Below are positions 28,794-32,000 of a stretch of DNA of 32,000 nucleotides, piece after piece (position 1 is the first letter of the stretch; every line of letters begins with the position of its first letter). The notes under the pieces are model-generated. The model made no database searches and was not told the DNA's origin. It saw nothing but the letters and a program-made list of their open reading frames with translations. The stretch is from the NCBI GenBank assembly GCA_016432445.1, contig CP066689.1, positions 1,050,001 to 1,082,000 on the forward strand, given 5' to 3'. The stretch comes from Candidatus Saccharimonadota bacterium. GTDB taxonomy: Bacteria > Patescibacteriota > Microgenomatia > UBA1406 > GWC2-37-13. The translations under genes were made by a program, and so were the position numbers.

Positions 28794-31700
28794 ATGACTA
28801 AAAATCCTTTGATAAAAATCTGGTACAGGTGGGAAGGGGTGATTGAATCTTTCATATCCCCTCTTCTTAAGAGGGGTGGACTCCGACGTAACGTCGGAGG
28901 ACGGGGTGTTTTAAACAATAAAAACACCTCACCCCGCTCAGCGGGGGACTCCTCTTACAAAGAGGAGAATAATTCTGTCATCCCGCACTTGATGCGGGAT
29001 CTAGCGAAGCGTAGGCTTTTACTAATCTCTTTACTCATCATCCTCATCGGCCTGCCTATCGTCTTTCTTTCCCTGAAATATCAATCCAAAACCGAAGCCG
29101 CATGGTATAACGAAAACTGGACATATCGTCAAACTGTCGCTATCACCAACTCCGGCACTGCTCAAACTGATTTCCAAGTGTCTATCGGTATCGGTACCTC
29201 CGCCTTAATTGTCTCTGGTAAAATGCAATCAGACTGTGATGACCTAAGAGTTACTGATATTAATGGAAAAATTCTGCCCTTCTGGATTGAGCCTACAACC
29301 TGCAATAACGCTACAAACAGCACAACAGTTTGGGTAAAAGCTCCCTCAATCTCAACATCAGGTACAACGCTTTATGTATACTATGGTAATCCATCTGCCC
29401 CCTCCGGAGCCTCTGCCACCACCCAGGTTTTTATCAGGGAAATCAGCAACCTGCAGGGATCTTGGAACTTGGATGAATCCTCAGGCACCTCTATAGCTGA
29501 TTCTTCCGGGAACGGCAACACCGGCACCCTGGCTAATGCCCAGGAAACAAACACCACTCTGACTGCCTCAACCTCAACCTCAATTTCTGACACCAACAAC
29601 GGCAATCTCTCAACTGGTCAGGGTTACGATCTCAATGGCATATATAATGGTATGACTTTAACCATGTCCGGCGCCAGCTGTAATGTTAATGGCGAATCAC
29701 GGACAATATCAGACTATACAGGAGCCACCAAAACTATTACTGTTTCCTCTGCCTTTTCCGCCACTCCCAATACTGCAAATTGCGGCTATACCATTAATCA
29801 CCATATAGCAGGTAAATTTGGCAATGGTATGGCCTATGATGGAGCCATGGATGTCGGTGATCAAATCACCACCATCAACAATGCCGGATTAAATATTACA
29901 GGCTCTTTGACAATGGAGTTTTGGATGAAGTTCCCAAGTGGCGCAGGAGGTTATTATAATGCATATATGGGTAAGAGTTCTGATAATTATCTTATTCATT
30001 CTTATTATGGACAAGTTATATTCATAATTTCAAATGGCAGTTATAGCAGTAATTTTAATAATTGCCAGACTCCTACCAACTGGAATCACTTTGTCGCTAC
30101 CTGGGATGGTTCTACCAGGAGGACATATGCGAATGGCTCTCTGTGTACTTCCACTTCTGTGACAACAGCTCCTGCAAGTGATAGTGGAGGTATTACTATT
30201 GGATCAGGTGGCGCTCTTAATTGGCCAACAGTCATGGATGAGGCTAAAATTTATAACAAAGCTTTATCTCAAGCAGAAATTTCTGATTTATATGGCACTG
30301 GGAGCAACCAGGGTTATACCACCAGTAACTATGCCAATAAAGTTTTGGTGAGAAAGTTTTCCTCATCAGTTTCTGTTGGTTCTCCGGGCAGTGAAACCCA
30401 GGGCCCGGGACCTGTTGGTTACTGGTCCTTTGACGACGGTCAGGGTACAGTCGCTCAGGATAAAAGTTCCTCCAAAAACAATGGAACAATTTCTGGCGCT
30501 ACTTGGACAACAGAAGACCAATGTATATCAGGCAAGTGTTTAAAGTTTGATGGTAGCAATGACGTTGTAACAGTTCCTGATAGTAATGCTCTTACCCCCA
30601 CAGATATTACCTTCTCCATGTGGATAAAATCCCCAAGTATTACCGGCAGCCAAACCTTTTTAGGAAAATGGTATACCGGTACAAATCAACGCTCTTATTA
30701 CCTCTATACGGGCAGTTCTAATGTTGGTCTTTGTATTTCCAAAGATGGCACAGATCCAGGAGCTTCTTGCGCAGGTTCAGCCAACAATACCCTGACTAAT
30801 AATACTTGGTATCACATAACGGCCACCTATCATTATGTGACTGATGGGACTTCAGTGATCCAAATTTATATAAATGGCGTACTTAGCGGAAGCAGCTCAA
30901 CCGTTGGAGGTCCTATATACAATAGTACAGGCAATCTTAATATCAGCACTTATGACGGAACAAACCAACCCTTCAATGGCTTCATAGACGAACCTAAGAT
31001 TTATCCTTATGCCCGGACTGCTGCCCAGGTCAAGACAGACTATAATTCGCGAGGATCTGCAGTAAAATCCGGTTCAGGCACTGCTTTAGGAGCAAAAAAT
31101 CAAGATTATCTCTCCAACGGCCTGGTTGGCTACTGGAAAATGGATGAAACAGCTTCTCCTGCTGTTGATTCCTCGGGGAATGGAAATAGCGGCACCTGGA
31201 CTGGCGATGCTACTTCTGCTGTTGGTAAGTTTGGGAATGGAGTAACTTTGGATGGAACAGGCGATTATGTATCTCTTGGCAACCCCGCCGTACTTCGCTA
31301 TGGCAGCGCTATTACTTTAAGTGTCTGGGTTAAGCCCACTGTTACTTTACAAAGCGGATCTCCTGCTGAATCATTCATCCGTAAGGAAAGCGGTTGGAGC
31401 GGCTACGATCTTTTTTACGATGGTACCAATGGACGTATTATGGCTATCTTAGATAACGGAACTTTTAACGGTTATGTTACTTATAATACTAACTTAACTG
31501 CTGGAACCTGGTATCACATAGTTCTGACCTACGATAATTCAACAGGAGTTATTTATGTCAACGGAGCGCAAGCCGCCAGCCGGTCTTTTGCTACCACAGT
31601 CGCAGACTCAGGCGTTAATCTTACCTTGGGAGCTGCTGACGGAGGTTCATCAGCCTTTAACGGAGTCTTGGACGAGGCCAGGATTTATAACCGGGCCCTT

Positions 31701-32000
31701 TCACCTGGTGAGGTGAGCCAGCTTTACAACTGGGCCCCAGGACCACTAGCCTACTGGAATATGGACGAAGCCTCAGGCAATTTAACTGACAGTTCAGGAA
31801 ACGGATACACAGGTACAGCATCAAGCTTAACTGTTGTTCCTGGTAAATACGGCAAAGCAAGAAGCTTCAACGGGAGTTCTAGCACAGTTACGGGATCTGT
31901 CAGTTTCAATGCTGGTTATACGGTTTCATTGTGGGTTAATTCTGCAGGAAACGCCAGCGGCACACAAATGATTTGGGAAGGACAAGATCTTTCTGCTCCA
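28794..32000 (+). CDS. giant surface protein, partial: N-terminal TM, DUF2341-like domain, then at least 4 LamG (Laminin_G_3) modules
   Basis: The frame is open from 28794 to the window end (checked at 30234 and 31671). WTYRQTVAITN...DLRVTD..G..LPFWIE...VWVK...LYVYYGN is DUF2341-like. G(Y)W.(F/M)DE..G...DSSGNGN.G and (M/I/L)DE.(K/R)IYN.ALS..E(I/V)..LY recur. An alternative start is ATG 28992 (MRDLAKRRLLLISLL...). Confidence 0.8.
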   Translation, partial: MTKNPLIKIWYRWEGVIESFISPLLKRGGLRRNVGGRGVLNNKNTSPRSAGDSSYKEENNSVIPHLMRDLAKRRLLLISLLIILIGLPIVFLSLKYQSKTEAAWYNENWTYRQTVAITNSGTAQTDFQVSIGIGTSALIVSGKMQSDCDDLRVTDINGKILPFWIEPTTCNNATNSTTVWVKAPSISTSGTTLYVYYGNPSAPSGASATTQVFIREISNLQGSWNLDESSGTSIADSSGNGNTGTLANAQETNTTLTASTSTSISDTNNGNLSTGQGYDLNGIYNGMTLTMSGASCNVNGESRTISDYTGATKTITVSSAFSATPNTANCGYTINHHIAGKFGNGMAYDGAMDVGDQITTINNAGLNITGSLTMEFWMKFPSGAGGYYNAYMGKSSDNYLIHSYYGQVIFIISNGSYSSNFNNCQTPTNWNHFVATWDGSTRRTYANGSLCTSTSVTTAPASDSGGITIGSGGALNWPTVMDEAKIYNKALSQAEISDLYGTGSNQGYTTSNYANKVLVRKFSSSVSVGSPGSETQGPGPVGYWSFDDGQGTVAQDKSSSKNNGTISGATWTTEDQCISGKCLKFDGSNDVVTVPDSNALTPTDITFSMWIKSPSITGSQTFLGKWYTGTNQRSYYLYTGSSNVGLCISKDGTDPGASCAGSANNTLTNNTWYHITATYHYVTDGTSVIQIYINGVLSGSSSTVGGPIYNSTGNLNISTYDGTNQPFNGFIDEPKIYPYARTAAQVKTDYNSRGSAVKSGSGTALGAKNQDYLSNGLVGYWKMDETASPAVDSSGNGNSGTWTGDATSAVGKFGNGVTLDGTGDYVSLGNPAVLRYGSAITLSVWVKPTVTLQSGSPAESFIRKESGWSGYDLFYDGTNGRIMAILDNGTFNGYVTYNTNLTAGTWYHIVLTYDNSTGVIYVNGAQAASRSFATTVADSGVNLTLGAADGGSSAFNGVLDEARIYNRALSPGEVSQLYNWAPGPLAYWNMDEASGNLTDSSGNGYTGTASSLTVVPGKYGKARSFNGSSSTVTGSVSFNAGYTVSLWVNSAGNASGTQMIWEGQDLSAP
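28857..28998. repeat. cluster of six consecutive hairpins at the 5' end of the giant ORF
   Basis: The six hairpins are: CCCCTCTTCTTAAGAGGGG; CTCCGACGTAACGTCGGAG; GGTGTTTT..AAAACACC; CCCCGCTCAGCGGGG; CTCCTCTTACAAAGAGGAG; TCCCGCACTTGATGCGGGA. Confidence 0.8.

Noticed and set aside
4025-31860. Antisense or alternate-frame ORFs inside well-supported genes: 4025-4285, 5967-6239, 7540-7776, 9738-9974, 9869-10060, 10360-10599, 11711-11944, 13472-13681, 14529-14924, 15778-16038, 17825-18016, 21575-21847, 23018-23215, 25386-25595, 29381-29605, 30244-30489 and 31657-31860.
   Set aside because: Each lies entirely within a longer ORF that has clear family motifs on the other strand or frame. Their translations are low-complexity or Ser/Pro/Leu-rich shadow sequences with no recognisable domain.

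Overview
This is an AT-rich bacterial chromosome segment. Its gene content and style suggest a small-genome Patescibacteria/CPR-like organism (inference only). In order, the genes are: a NUDIX hydrolase, leuS, an RRM RNA-binding protein, trpS, tyrS, a GGDEF-like ORF, a fused transketolase, a P2-type ATPase, a solo HEPN-like ORF, rplA-rplK-nusG-secE (minus strand), comEA plus a split comEC, two paralogous secreted-protein/chaperone-like surface loci, a PaaX-like regulator, an accessory patch (integrase-N-domain-only ORF, NYN nuclease) and the first 3.2 kb of a giant DUF2341/LamG surface protein. I saw no rRNA, tRNA or CRISPR array. The most interesting signal is the repeat load rather than any gene. 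At least eight families of very short repeats occur both between genes and in frame inside essential genes: tandem heptamer arrays often arranged as inverted arrays, a 9-nt array, 28-nt palindromes with conserved ends and compensatory cores, and GC-rich hairpin elements with terminal inverted repeats. There are six segments in transketolase and three in LeuRS. Coding copies show orientation bias and stop-codon-removing substitutions, so they appear to be translated and tolerated. Some copies now encode a domain linker, signal peptides, C-terminal tails, or the -35 box of a promoter. Several genes have TATAAT 6-8 nt before the ATG, which suggests leaderless mRNAs. All coordinates were counted by hand and may be off by 1-3 nt. 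All family assignments come from motif recognition, not from searches.
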